Source: Octopus bimaculoides (lineage: Eukaryota). From it: a DNA stretch of 64,000 nucleotides. Positions 51,298 to 63,775 of the stretch are shown here, in pieces. Made by a program: the position numbers and the translations under genes. A model generated the notes under the pieces. That model was not told the DNA's origin, searched no databases, and worked only from the letters and a program-made list of their open reading frames with translations. The stretch spans positions 48,800,395 to 48,864,394 of the forward strand of contig NC_068994.1 of assembly GCF_001194135.2 (NCBI RefSeq), written 5' to 3'. The first letter of the stretch is position 1. Each line of letters begins with the position of its first letter.

Positions 51298-52519
51298 ATC
51301 GGTGTTTCTTTCTTTTCTTTTTTTATTATTTTTTTTTTAAATAACACAGCTGTTAAATTCATTGGGGGAACTGACAGCGACTAGGGGCGCAGTTGTGCGA
51401 CGAAAATGTCAACATCTCATGAAAGAAATCTAAATCTGAGGTTTTATTTTTTGCTCTTTGTTATCTGAAGTCGATGATGGAGGATATTCATCGGAAAGAG
51501 ACCGGTTATATTTTTACTCTTAGAGTAATTAACTGTGCACATGAACCTGGCCCAGTGAGCTTATATTTGAAACTCTTTCGCTGATCTCCCCCACCGTACA
51601 TAGATATAATGAGATTGAAGTCACCTTGCGATTCTCAGGAAATGTTTTTCGTCTAAAAGAATTCGACTGGGTAGAATTTTCTTCAGTTTTCGTTTTTCTT
51701 TGATGCTTTTAAATTCATTATTAATTTTCGTTATCTTGTGCAATAGTTGCTCCTTTTTTTATTTTTCTAATTTTTAAGCTGAGCATCAGTAGCTTGGGCT
51801 GTTTGGAGTTATTTAACCCTAGCTCAACTTTGATACATAAAAAATAGAAAAAATCAAGATGGTCATGTTTGGAATTTCTTTGATCATAGCGTTGCTTAAT
51901 CAAAAAGTGCTTCGTCTAATGTGTAATTTCTTTTTTAAAAAAGAAAAAAAAGAAGTAAAAAGGAGAAAAGCTATGTATGTGAAGGAGGTTAGAACTGCTA
52001 TTTCTTGCTGTTCGAACGGCCATGTAGAGGCACTAATGTTGGCTCATCAGCTCTTAGAAATTGTTTGTGGGGTGGGAAAGATGGTATATGGAATTGAGCT
52101 AACAATAGTTTCTGTGTGAGATGCTTGTCTTATGGCATTAGCTTTTCTTGTGGTTTAAAGTGCCCTGGGGCACAGAGACACGGATTTATACTGCAGCTCC
52201 ACGAGCTAGCTCTTACCTGTTCGACACCTGCATTATTTAAATATTGGAGACCATGGAGATGGAGTATGTGTGTGTTTTGAAAGCAGCCTTAACACTCTTG
52301 TTTAAACACGTTTATGATACATCAGAGAAGGCATATTACTAAACCCAGTCAACGCTGAAGCATTCCAACCACGACTACCCCATCTTTTGTCTTTCACACG
52401 GTGAGCTACCTTATCCATTGTGCCTTTATCTGAGACGACAGCGTGTTATTTGAAGGAGATTTGGCTGCTGTTTCTAGCAAGTTGCGGACCTTGATTAAAA
52501 ACTTGACGTAGTAGAGGCT

Positions 52520-52621
52520 CGCTCCTGCGCGCGCGCGCGCATGTGTGAGTGTTAAAGATCTTTTGATTTCCCACTTCCTGGCCATGTGTTAAATAACGAG
52601 AATCCAGGGAAACTGGTAAGC
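52520..52621 (+). promoter_or_regulatory. Candidate promoter/first-exon end at the CpG-domain border
   Basis: (GC)7-ATG NRF1-like run at 52527-52543, CACTTCCTGG ETS-like site at 52572, donor CTG|gtaagc at 52615. Confidence 0.35.
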
Positions 52622-52747
52622 CAGCATCGGCAAAAATCGTATTCATTTATACGCTTTATATCTCTTCTCAAAAAGAACCTCCTCTATCAACTTCAGGCTC
52701 AGCTGAAAGTCATGTGTACTGGTTTTTTTCAAAGTAGGAGAGTCTTT

Positions 52748-52791
52748 TCTCTCTCTCTCTCTCTCTTTCTCTCTTTCTCTCTCTCTCTCTT

Positions 52792-52862
<71 letters not shown>

Positions 52863-52880
52863 CTCCCCCCTCTCTCTCTT
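52748..52880. repeat. (CT)n microsatellite
   Basis: Direct reading. Confidence 0.98.
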
Positions 52881-53518
52881 TTTGAGAGGGAAGAAATGAA
52901 AGATAGAGGAAAAGNNNNNNNNNNGAAAAGTAGATATATTGGAGATGGGTAAATGGAAGGAAAAAGTGGCAGAAAAGCAGCCAGAATGTTAGAGAAAGCA
53001 ACGACCACTTTTTATGCTAAAAATCACTGCTAGAATATATTTTCCCCCCCATTTATATGCTTGAAGGAGAGAGAAGGAGAAAGCTTGCTTTATAAATACT
53101 AAAAAAAGCTAGTAAATTATGAGTTTCTCTCACACCAATATCTTGCTTATCCTTTTGGCATTTCTTATCGCACTCTTTCACCAAACATCAAGTGGGCATT
53201 TTTTGTTCCCTTCTTTCATACTACTCTCTGTCAGTCTTCGTCTGTGTGCCGTCTCTCTTTCACCCCCCTCCTATCTCTCCTTATTATGCTCAGTCCCTCT
53301 CTCTATCTCTGACTTTCTCTCTACTTCTCCGTAAATTCTCTTTTTCTGTCTGTCACTCACTGACACACCAACACACAACTTCCCCTTCTTTTCACCTTCT
53401 CTCTCTTTCTCTGTTCCTCCTCTTTGGCTTTTATATATATATATATATATCTCTCTCTTTCTATCTTTTCTTGCCAACTGAATGAAAAGTACCATTTTAT
53501 GTTACCAATGCCTCTCAC

Positions 53519-53543
53519 CCGCCCTCCTCAACGCTGATAGACT
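53519..53543 (-). CDS. Candidate 25-nt exon
   Basis: actttttcttttcag|AGTCTATCAGCGTTGAGGAGGGCGG|gtgaga. Confidence 0.22.
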
Positions 53544-54323
53544 CTGAAAAGAAAAAGTATTTTCTGGAAATCTAAATGCGTGTGTGTGCTTATGTAGAGT
53601 ATGTGAATGAATGCCAAAGAATGCAGGAGATAAGTTTGAACCAAATTATGGTGTATGTACGATATTAGTAAAACTGTCGAGGGAGAGGGCGAGAGGTTGT
53701 AAAGTCAGTTGCTTGTGTGTCTATGTATATATGTATGTATGTATGTGTGTGTGTGTGTGTGTGTGTGAGAAATTGCTAGAAAGAAATGTTAACTGAGTCA
53801 TGTTATTTATGTTGACAAGTAAAATGTAAAAAGGATGGTAGCTGTGTGTGTGTGTGTGTGCTTGCAGGAAGCAAAGCTTTGTTTCTTCCTTGTGTGTATG
53901 TGTGTGACATACATACAACCACTCCTGTTAAGTGGTGTGATGGTAGGCTGGTGGTGGTGGTGAGAGGAGGAAAAAAAAGGATTATTACTATTATTATTAA
54001 TATTAGGCTCTAAGTTGAGTGTCAGAAATGATTGTACATTGAGTTAGCTACATGCTAGTTCTTCTGCGTTCTGAGGTCAAATCTTACCAGGGTATGTATG
54101 GTCTGTTTACATTGCTTTTCATTTCTCTTTGTTGATAGAATCGGTACCAGACAAGCATTGGGAACAGTTTTTGCTCCACCAATTCCCCCCCCCCCCATCA
54201 AAAAGATCTTATGACTTTGTGTTAGAAATAATTTTATTAGGGTGGTTGGTGAATGGTAATAAAAAGGGTAGTGAATTGGGTTGAAATATGCCTTGTGGAT
54301 AAATAAATATGTAGTTATATTCA

Positions 54324-54630
54324 CATGCTGGAGCATTGCCTTAAAGGGTTTTTTTAGTTGAAGAAACCGGCTCCAAGACTTATTCTTTGTAAATCTAGTA
54401 CTTATTGTATCGGCATCTTTTGCCGAACTGCAAAGTTACGGGGACATAAACACACCAACATCGGTTGTCAAGTGATAGTGGACACACACACACACACACA
54501 CACACACAACTTCTTTCGGTTTTCATCTACCAAATCCACTCACAAGGCTTTGGTCGGCCTGAGGCAAAAGTAGAAGACACTTGCCCAATGTGCCACGCAG
54601 TGGGACTGAATCCGGAACCATGCAAGCTTT
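54324..54630 (-). mobile_element. Family-1 SINE
   Basis: Homologous to 1768-2075. Confidence 0.9.
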
Positions 54631-54784
54631 TAAGGTCCCAGACACCAGTTTCATTGTTAGTTAATAACTCATTAGGGTAGTCTCACCTCTCTCCCCTAAG
54701 ATACCAAGATAGTGGGAGACTACTTATTAAAATATCAGCAGATATGTGCCCAGGTGCATTTCATTTCTATAATGAATACAAGTG

Positions 54785-54935
54785 TAGGTGTGGCCTTGTG
54801 GTGAAGAAGTTTACTTCCCAACCACGTGGTTTCAGTTTCATTTCCACAAGGTGGCACCATAGGCAAGTGCTTTTTATAGTCTTGGGCGAATCAAAACCTT
54901 GTGAATGGGTTTCATAGATGGAAGCTGTAAGAAGT
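54785..54935 (+). mobile_element. Family-1 SINE 5' half, inverted relative to 54324-54630
   Basis: ccaaccacgtggtttcag...ggcaccataggcaagtg...aaaccttgtgaatgg. Confidence 0.8.
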
Positions 54936-55039
54936 TTACTGTATGGGTGTATATATGTTTCTATATGTACATATGTATATATGTTTGGGCCTCCACGTTT
55001 TGACATTGCTTGATAATTGTAAATGCGTGTTACTGTCAT

Positions 55040-55210
55040 AGAAGCAGTGCCAACCATTTCCAGATTCTGCAAAAAATGTCTTTATCCATAGAGAAAATAT
55101 CTCCTTTCTTGGAAGTGGATGAGAGTTGGTGACAGGAAAGGCATCTAGCCACAGAAAAATCTTCCCTGATGAACTTCACCTCATCTGTTCCATGCAAGCA
55201 TAAAAAAAAA
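55040..55210 (+). mobile_element. SINE family-3-related fragment
   Basis: gagttggtgacaggaaaggcatctagcc...gttccatgcaagcat. Confidence 0.6.
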
Positions 55211-56011
55211 GTGGGTTTNNNNNNNNNNNNNNNNNNNNNNNNNNNNNNNNNNNNNNNNNNNNNNNNNNNNNNNNNNNNNNNNNNNNNNNNNNNNNNNNNN
55301 NNNNNNNNNNNNNNNNNNNNNNNNNNNNNNNNNNNNNNNNNNNNNNNNNNNNNNNNNNNNNNNNNNNNNNNNNNNNNNNNNNNNNNNNNNNNNNNNNNNN
55401 NNNNNNNNNNNNNNNNNNNNNNNNNNNNNNNNNNNNNNNNNNNNNNNNNNNNNNNNNNNNNNNNNNNNNNNNNNNNNNNNNNNNNNNNNNNNNNNNNNNN
55501 NNNNNNNNNNNNNNNNNNNNNNNNNNNATATATATGAAGTCATGTCCACGTGTGTTCAGTCTTAATGCTGAACTCCTGCTAAATCTTTGCCTTACATTAA
55601 TTCTGAGCTGGATAATATAAGTACTATTCAAGTACTTTTACTATCATATAGTGTGTAGAGGAGGAGAAGGAATGGTGTTAATTACGACATCCTTGAGACT
55701 GAGTGTGGTGGGCAGGGTATTGTGCTACTGCCTTCTAAGGAGGTTATTAATACAACCAAATCTGCTGCAGGTGTTTCCTTTGTTTCTTTAGTTTACTTTG
55801 CTGTCAGGAATAGATACCAGATCTAGGAATATTGGTAGATTGACTGCTGTTATCCAGAGAGAGAGAAAGAAATTTATTTCTTATTCATGTGTCATGAATC
55901 CAGAGCTAAGAACTGCCCCTTAAAAGCTGTAGTTGATGATCTGTTTGAACTTATGTAAGGTTGATATCTGTTGAAAGAATACCTTGTGGTTGTTGATTTC
56001 TAATGTAGTCC

Positions 56012-56528
56012 TTAACCTTTTTGATACCAACTTCCCTGAGACTGCCTCTGGTTCTGTGATACAAACTTTCTGTGGAATTTCATGTTAACTTATGCTCCAA
56101 AATTCCAGCTTAATAATGACAATTATTTTTACTGTATTCTTTATTCTTTTACTTGTTTCGGTCATTTGACTGTGGCCATGCTAGAGCATCGCCTTTTAGT
56201 TGAACAAATCAACCCCAGGACTTATTCTTTGTAAGCCTAGTACTTATTCTATCAGTCTCATTTGCTGAGCCCCTAAGTTACGTGGACGTAAACACACCAC
56301 ACACACACATACATATATATATATGACAGGCTTCTTTCAGTTTCTGTCTACCAAACCCACTTACAAGGCTTTGGTCGTCCTGAGGCTTTAGTAGAAGTCA
56401 TTTGCCCAAGGTGCCATGTAATGGGACTGAACCCGAAACCATATGGTTGGGAAGCAAGCTTCTTAGTATTTTAAAAATTAATTGAAACAAAATGTATTTC
56501 AACAGGAATATGGTAACAAAAGGGTTAA
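56012..56528. mobile_element. Second piggyBac-type MITE family with nested SINE
   Basis: TTAA-CCTTTTTGATACCA ... TGGTAACAAAAGGG-TTAA; inverted partial copy at 61041-61188. Confidence 0.8.
56135..56466 (-). mobile_element. Family-1 SINE nested in the MITE, CpG-decayed
   Basis: Homologous to 1728-2095. Confidence 0.9.
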
Positions 56529-56995
56529 GCTTAATTTCTGAAAACTAAGATACTGTAAAATTGCTAAGTGCACATATGAATGTTTATACTCCACCCTCAC
56601 CCACCCCCAATTAAATCTTGTCTTAAGAATAAGTTCTTAAGCATTAATTAATATATTTACAAATCTGTAAATTTGTCTTTAGAATCAATATAGTTAACCA
56701 GCTGAAATATTGTCTGCTACTATAGCCAGAACTAGACAATATACTCACACACTACACCAGGACACTTAGTAGTAAAAATAGATAAGGTTCTCTATTTTAC
56801 CATTTGCAGTGTTTTATAATTGGTGTTTTATTTTAAAACAAGCCATTGCATTACAGGAATTCCACTTGAACATTTTTTTTGTTTGTTTTCTTGTCGTGTA
56901 TCCAGAACCGACCAGTCTGACACTATTCTTTCCTTGTTAAGTTTTGCCTATAAAAGAATTTGTCCTCTACACAGCAATGTGATTGAAATACTCAC

Positions 56996-57044
56996 CATAT
57001 ATACATATGGTGATGATGTTAGTTCCAGTGGCCAGCTGTATCCA
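56996..57044 (-). CDS. Candidate 49-nt exon (GYSWPLELTSSPYVYM or WIQLATGTNIITICIY)
   Basis: acttatatatgcag acceptor, ATG|gtgagt donor. Confidence 0.25.
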
Positions 57045-57538
57045 CTGCATATATAAGTACCTACTTAGAGCGAGATGGACTTTTGGTGAAAATGTAGTGC
57101 ATATTTATAAAGTTGTGGCTGTCTTTTTCTGTTGCTTAAAGCAGAGAGAAAAATCCTGCTCTATTCTGTTGTTTCTTTCCCTTTGACTCAAAACAGTGAC
57201 AACATAGAATCCTTTGTAGCATTTTCTTTTCAATTAAAATTCTACATAGAAAGGGGGGAGGGAGAGAAAGATGGTAATGAACGAAGGAAAAGTGTACTCA
57301 CATATAAGTATTATTGTTAATTTATTTGGCTGGGCTGTTGATGTTGTTTCTTCACAATAAGATATGTTTTTCAGATGGCCTTCATGGCAAAAACAGGACA
57401 ATAACATATGCAGATGAAGTGCCAAGTGCAAGATATTGTTGTCTGTGTTTATTATTGTTCTGTTTTTGCCATAAATGTCATCTGGGGACACATATTGCTG
57501 TGCAAATATCAGATATATATATATATATATATATATAT

Positions 57539-57560
57539 AGAAACTAGATAGGTTTATTTG

Positions 57561-57610
<50 letters not shown>

Positions 57611-57632
57611 CAAATAAACCTATCTAGTTTCT
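57539..57632. repeat. Perfect 94-bp palindrome centred on (AT)20
   Basis: 27-bp arms agaaactagataggtttatttgataat / attatcaaataaacctatctagtttct. Confidence 0.95.
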
Positions 57633-59649
57633 TTTCAACAGCACAAAGACACAATCACTTCTCACAACTCACAAGAAGGAAATAATCTTACCTACTCTTG
57701 AGCAACACATAACAAAAGCCTTTAATGTTGCTAGGCCTCACAGTCTCTGGTCTTTCCTGGCAACCTTACATTCTTAACAGCTAAAACCATTTCCTAAAGA
57801 CTAGTCTTACTCTTGAGAACCAAAAAATATTTTGGCTTTGATCAGTTGCTAATTTATACAAAGCTCATGGAAGTACTGCTCTACGTGCACACACACACAC
57901 AACACACTCTACAATCTCTGACCCATAGATATCCTCTCTCTGCTTATGCTATAAGTACCATATCTCTGCTCTTTTGAAGTAATTGCTTGTCACCACCACT
58001 TGACATAATTGATTCTTTTTTCATCATCCATAGTGTCTCACAGGCTCTGCATTAATCTCTGTAACTTAATGTTTCCTCTCCTCAGAATAGCAGTACTCAG
58101 GAATTGCCATCTTCCCAATATTTTTCCTGTAGGCACCAACTCATGGACATAAAAATTGAACAGAGACCCCCTTAAAGGGCCTTCTTACAAAACCACAGAA
58201 AGAGAAGAAAAGTTTAGTTAAACAATGTCTCCTGGTGACACATGCATGATATTAAAATATCTATGGATATCAGAGATATGAGTTGTGGCAGGTATATATT
58301 TGTTTGTTGTAAATATCTAACCTATTTATACTCTATCACTGGAGCTTGGCAATCATTGCTCAACTTTGGCAGTGATATCAGCAGTCTGTATCATGAAATG
58401 AAATTGTTGCATAACAGCAAACGGTCTGGTGCGGTGAGAAACTGGCATACAGTAGATAGGACTGAGAAAAAGGGCAGGGCAACCTTTATCCTCTATTAGG
58501 TGTAAATTGCCCGATAAACAGAACCTCTAGCAAATTGCTTGATGGTTTTTTTCTTTTATTTTGAAACTATGTTCTAAACCTGTTCTTTATTTCCTTCAAT
58601 ATTTTATAAAATGGACTTCAAGTTTGCCAGTCTCAATATCTATGGCACTTTATTGAAGCGTGTATCAAGAAATTATATTTAGGGTATGATGTTAATGAAT
58701 ACGTATCCTCACTGTGTCTATCTATTTCACATTTAGTACAGTATTTATGAGTATTGTCCAAACCATGCTAGTGTGGAGACTGGATGTTAAATGATGGTTA
58801 TGATAATGATGATAAATAATGAAAAAACACAAAACGAAAAAAATCTTCCTGAATCCTTAATGGATTGTTAGGTGATCACAAAAGAACTTTGTTTTTATGT
58901 AATTCTGAAGGTAAACCAGCTTGGCTGAGCTGGTTTTTCTTTTTGACTTTGGTTAGATATCACAGATATGAAAGAATAATAAGTGTAGCAGAGTTGACTT
59001 GCTAGAAGCTTGCTGCCAATCTATGGACTCTTGAAATAAATGCTACGCTTTCAATTAAATAGATGGCATTTAATTTATAATGTTAACCGACAAAATCCTG
59101 CAAGTAGGTAAACTATTTCTGTTTAGATATTTTAGCTTTAGTACTTTTCAGTTTATGACAAGGCAGTGATGAAAATGTGATTGAAACAGGAAAATAAAAA
59201 ATAAAACCAAATAAAAGGAACTGATTGAATTAAAGAAACATTGTGGATGCTCTTTGTATTAGCAATTTTTTTTTTCCTTTTTAAACGTAATATTGAAAGT
59301 TAATCTTAGATTTGTTAAAACTTTTACATTACAAAGTAATGCAAATAGGTTCCTTTAAAATGTCTGAAAAGAAGAGGTTTCAACAATTTAATTTAATTCA
59401 GTCAAATCAAAATAGACAAAAGAGACAAATTGTATACATGCTAGGATTCAAAATCATCTGAAACTTGGATATGTGCTGGTAGAAAGGTTATGTTATTTAC
59501 TGAGGAATTTTCTGTAGAGGATACACAGTTTAGTGGTCATTACAACAAGATGCAAGTTTTGAGTTACACTGGGTTCTCAAATTTTTTTCTTCTTTATATA
59601 ATTAGCCTGAGCTATTCCCAGATTGTTAAGACATGTCAAGCCAAGTGTA

Positions 59650-59936
59650 ATTGGCTAGTGCTGATGACACGTAAGTGGTACCTGTGCCAGTGACATATAA
59701 AAGGCACCTGTGCTAGTGACACCTGTTGGCAACATGTAAAAGGCACCTGTGCTAGTGACACCTGTTGGCAACATGTAAAAGGCACCCATTAAACTCTTGT
59801 AGTGGTTGGTGTTAGGAAGGGCATCCAGCCATGGAAACCAAGTCACACCAGACTGGAGCCTGGTACAGCTCTCTGGCTTACCAGTTCCAATCAAACCATC
59901 TAACCCATGCCAGCATGGAAAATGGATGTTAAATGA

Positions 59937-59940
<4 letters not shown>
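59650..59940 (+). mobile_element. SINE family 3, 3' part with 39-bp internal tandem duplication
   Basis: ggttggtgttaggaagggcatccagcc...aacccatgccagcatggaaaatggatgttaaatgatgat. Confidence 0.85.
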
Positions 59941-59977
<37 letters not shown>

Positions 59978-61040
59978 TAAATGTCTAAAACAATTATTGA
60001 TGTTAATAAAGTAAACTGTAATTGTGGAACAGCATTTGATGTAGTATTGAGGTATGGCAGTCTTTTATTTTCTGTTGTTGCTTAGCAGTAGCAGTGTTCA
60101 GCAATGACTGGAATTGCAGTGCAGTTGCAGTATTATGGAGTGGTTTCAAAATTCTCATACTCCAAGCCTAAGTTAATTTACGCTTTCAAGGTCACATTGT
60201 ATTCTACTATTTTCATATCAGCCGACTGATTTGTTCCTTTTGTAGGATACCCATCTGGCACCAGGTGCCAGACTGCTACTGTTGTTGTTGCTGCTGCTGC
60301 TGTAGTTGTCTGGAAGTTCCTATATCATTCTTGTCATCTGAATGCCATGTCATATCATACTATACTGTACTATACTCTACCATATCACGCTGTGCTGTAG
60401 CAATGCTTAGAATAGCATACCAGGAGTATTTTGGCTGGTTTTCAATTGGATGATTGGTATTGATTCTTTTTACATGGAATACTGAAATTTTAAAGTGTGT
60501 GTGTGTGCATGCATGCATATATACTTGTTTATATGTGTGTGTGCCTGGTATAAATACATAAACATATGGTGTAACCAATACAAATATAAGCACACATGCA
60601 TATATACACAGATACACATGTATTTAATTTTTGCAAATGCTGTTGGTTATGTTATTGCTGTATAATCAATGGTGAAACAGCCAAGTGGATAAAATTTGCT
60701 ACTATTGGTTTGCAAAGCATGAGTTCATGTGCAACTGCAGGCATTTTGCTTTGTTGCTGGGTAGATTACTTAATTCTACACCACTTTGCTTCACCTGTCT
60801 GTCAGAGGATTGGCACTAGATCTATTGAGAGATAGTGTCTATGATGCATTAATAGTTTTACCTTAGAGGAGTGAATTTCATCAATTGTCAAGCCTTATAG
60901 ACTTTGGGGTTACTGAATTGTTTTAGCTGCTCACTTATTGCTCTATCCCGAGTGCTGTCAAAAAGCAAGTCAACTGCTAGCCATTACCTGTTCCCGTCTT
61001 CTTATCCGTGTTAGCCCTTCAAAAGAAAGAAGAAGCATTT

Positions 61041-61188
61041 CATTAAAATAATAGTCATTATTAAGCTGGGTTTTGGAACAGATTAACATGAAATTTTGAT
61101 GTAAGGCTTTAATTTAGATCACTTTAAAACAGGAAGCTTGTATCATAGAACCAGGGGTGGCCTCAAGCAAGTAGGTATCAAGAGTTAA
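61041..61188. mobile_element. Partial copy of the second piggyBac-type MITE
   Basis: Reverse complement matches 56012-56130. Confidence 0.75.
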
Positions 61189-61299
61189 TCCAGATAGACA
61201 GACAGACAGACACTAATGTTATCCATTTGGGATTGTTTCACTTTGATCAACACAAAAGTCCAGCATTTGAGCACATAAAGCTCTGCCGGGTGGGAAGTT

Positions 61300-61725
61300 T
61301 TACACATTTGATAGAACATTGAACTGAATTTAGTTTTAATCCTTCTCGGTTCCTATGTTCAAATCATGTGTAGGTTGACTTTGCTTTTGAGTACTTCCAA
61401 GAGGCTGATAAAATAGGTAGCAGGAATACTTGGGAAGCAGTTCAGTTTATCCTATCCCTTTCCTACAAACTAATGGCTTTGTGCCAAAGTAAGAAATTTA
61501 TTTGTAAGAGGTAAGGCTGGATGTCAGATTTGGTAGAGCACTGGACAAAATGATTTGTGGTGTTTGGTTACACTCCAGCTTGTGTTCTCTATCTCCACCC
61601 ACAAAATTATGCCAATGTTAGTGATCATTAATATGAAGTGTGGTGAAATAGAAATTGTGGTATGCCAGACAAAATGCCTGTGGTATTTAGTTCAAATCTT
61701 GCAAATGCCAACTTTGCCATTTAAC
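61300..61725 (+). mobile_element. Tandem degenerate family-2 SINE copies
   Basis: gttcaaatc...gttgactttgcttt...gataaaataggta...ggctttgtgcc, then gtagagcactggacaaaatg head repeats. Confidence 0.65.
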
Positions 61726-63564
61726 CATGCAGTTCCTGAATATTACCATTCCATTTCACCTCAGTTAATGTCTTTGAGAAAAGTCTGAATATCACTCAGT
61801 CATAATTTAATCTGCTCTTCTCATCTCATTCTTGTTAAAGAATATCTAACACGCATACACACACCCAGTTTTCATCTTGGTTGTTAGAGTCTCAATGTTT
61901 CAGCTGTTATACCCTCCAGCCTTCTTTGAGTATCAGTTATATTCAGTAATGTTTTTGGAATTTGAACCATATCCTTTATCAAATCCATGGGGGTGAACAC
62001 CAGAGATATTCTTATTACTTATTCTCTGACTGGTGATGCCACTAGCTTCTCCTATTTGAACAAGAATATATTTAGTTTGATTGACACAGGGATTGAACTT
62101 GGACTTACTTCCTTAACTACTAAATATAATATTTGATATTCAATCAGCTCTTATATTCACTATCAGGACTAGAGACTCAGTGCCAAAAGCAATTATTGGG
62201 TTACTGGAAGTAGGAGTCAGTGAAAATGTATTGATTCTGACCAAAATGTAAACTCTAATATGTTGAAATTTCCAATATCACAGATGTTAATTTGACGATT
62301 TAAAAAATAATTTGCAATGAAAAAAACCAAATCAGATTTAAAAGCTATAAAGTAGGATCTGGTAGAAGTAATTCAGTTTCTAAGAACAAATTATTAGTAG
62401 ATTAAAAAATTTTTTTTTTTAAATTTAACTCTTAAACTATACATAAGTTTGTTAATAAATTTTGGAGAGATACACTTTTCAATATTTTAAATATAATTTT
62501 TAACATATTGCGATCTTCCATGTTACATTCACTTAAATTCTATTTTATAGCCTTTTGTTAAAAACAGCCTCTTTTTATTTTATTTTAAAAGTTTTGTCTG
62601 GTGCTTAATTGTTTGCAACTAACTAATATTAACCTCCCTGCAATGGTGGAATCGTAGCTTTTAAATCTACACTTTTAAATAGTTAAAGTACCAAAAAAAT
62701 TGCCTGACAATTCACATTGGTCATGTTTGTTGTATGCTTTCACCCAATGTAAAAAAATGTATAACAAATCTATTAAATAATTAGAGGAGCCAGTCATTAG
62801 TACCGGAAAATGAGAAATTGGAATCATATTTTCTGCATTGATTCCACTGTCTTCATGTCCTGTAATACAGTGACTGTGTGTGTGTGTGTGTGTAGAAATA
62901 GTACACTAAATGCTTTAGCATAGTTGCTGTTGGTTACTTACTGTTAAACCCAAATCTAACAGTAAATGTCTTTGACTTACATTTATTCAGAACATGGGCA
63001 ATAAATAGTGGTTTACCTTAAAACAGAAAAGTGATTGACAGTGATGGTCTTTTTCAACAGATATCAGTGTAGAAAGAGGTTGAGAGTATTGGCAGTGATG
63101 AAGAACTGTTAGTTTCTAATATGGGCAACTGGTCTTATCCATCACTTTACAGATGATGATGATATTGGGAGCTAGATTTAAAGATAAGGATGGGCTCCTG
63201 AGCACCCTGCCTTTCTCAGCAAATTCAAGCCTATAGTTTTCTGGTTTGTTAACTGATGTGTGTATCCTTTCCCGTTATTTTTTATTATTTTTATTATTGG
63301 TGCAATTATTTGATGCAGAATGCATTGTAGTATTCAATTATATCCCTCTACATTTTAAGTTAAAATCCAGCAAGGGCTGTCTTTACGATCAAGGGGTCTA
63401 TCTAATTGACTACTTGGTGGCATGTTAGATAGAGCACTGAGCAAAACACCCTACAAAAGTTAGTCATATTGAGACAAAATGCCATTGTATTCATTTATTC
63501 ATGATTGGTTAAATGAAACAGTAAGTAGCAAGTAATATTTAAAAAAGCTTGTCAGGCCACCTCG

Positions 63565-63775
63565 TGGTCTGCAAACAAAATGGAAAAAGTGTTGTCGCAG
63601 AAGATGGCAAGGGAGACGCACTGAAACAGCTGCTCTGACCCCGGGGCTTTCAGTTGTAGATAGCAATCTCCGCCCTGATAGTGGTGAGCAGAGATGTGGT
63701 CCGGAGGTCAAGAATGCTGGAGATCTCCACTGCCACAAGCTCGATCACAAATCTGTCTGAGTGGCCAATACTTTG
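63565..63775 (-). mobile_element. CRE-like (REL-endonuclease) non-LTR retrotransposon C-terminal relic
   Basis: Frameshifted DRFVIELVAVEISSILDLRTTSLLTTI/GRRLLSTTESP/SEQLFQCVSLAIFCDNTFSIL matches F.PvAvEt.G..G......IGrr....TgepRe...LfQRiSlAi.RGNa.SIL. Confidence 0.75.

Noticed and set aside
57359-57381. Match to the start of miR-190 (AGATATGTTT)
   Set aside because: Only 10 nt match and the rest diverges from the mature sequence as I recall it.
63556-63683. Plus-strand exon-like segment (PPRGLQTKWKKCCRRRWQG...)
   Set aside because: Better explained as the antisense strand of the CRE-like relic.
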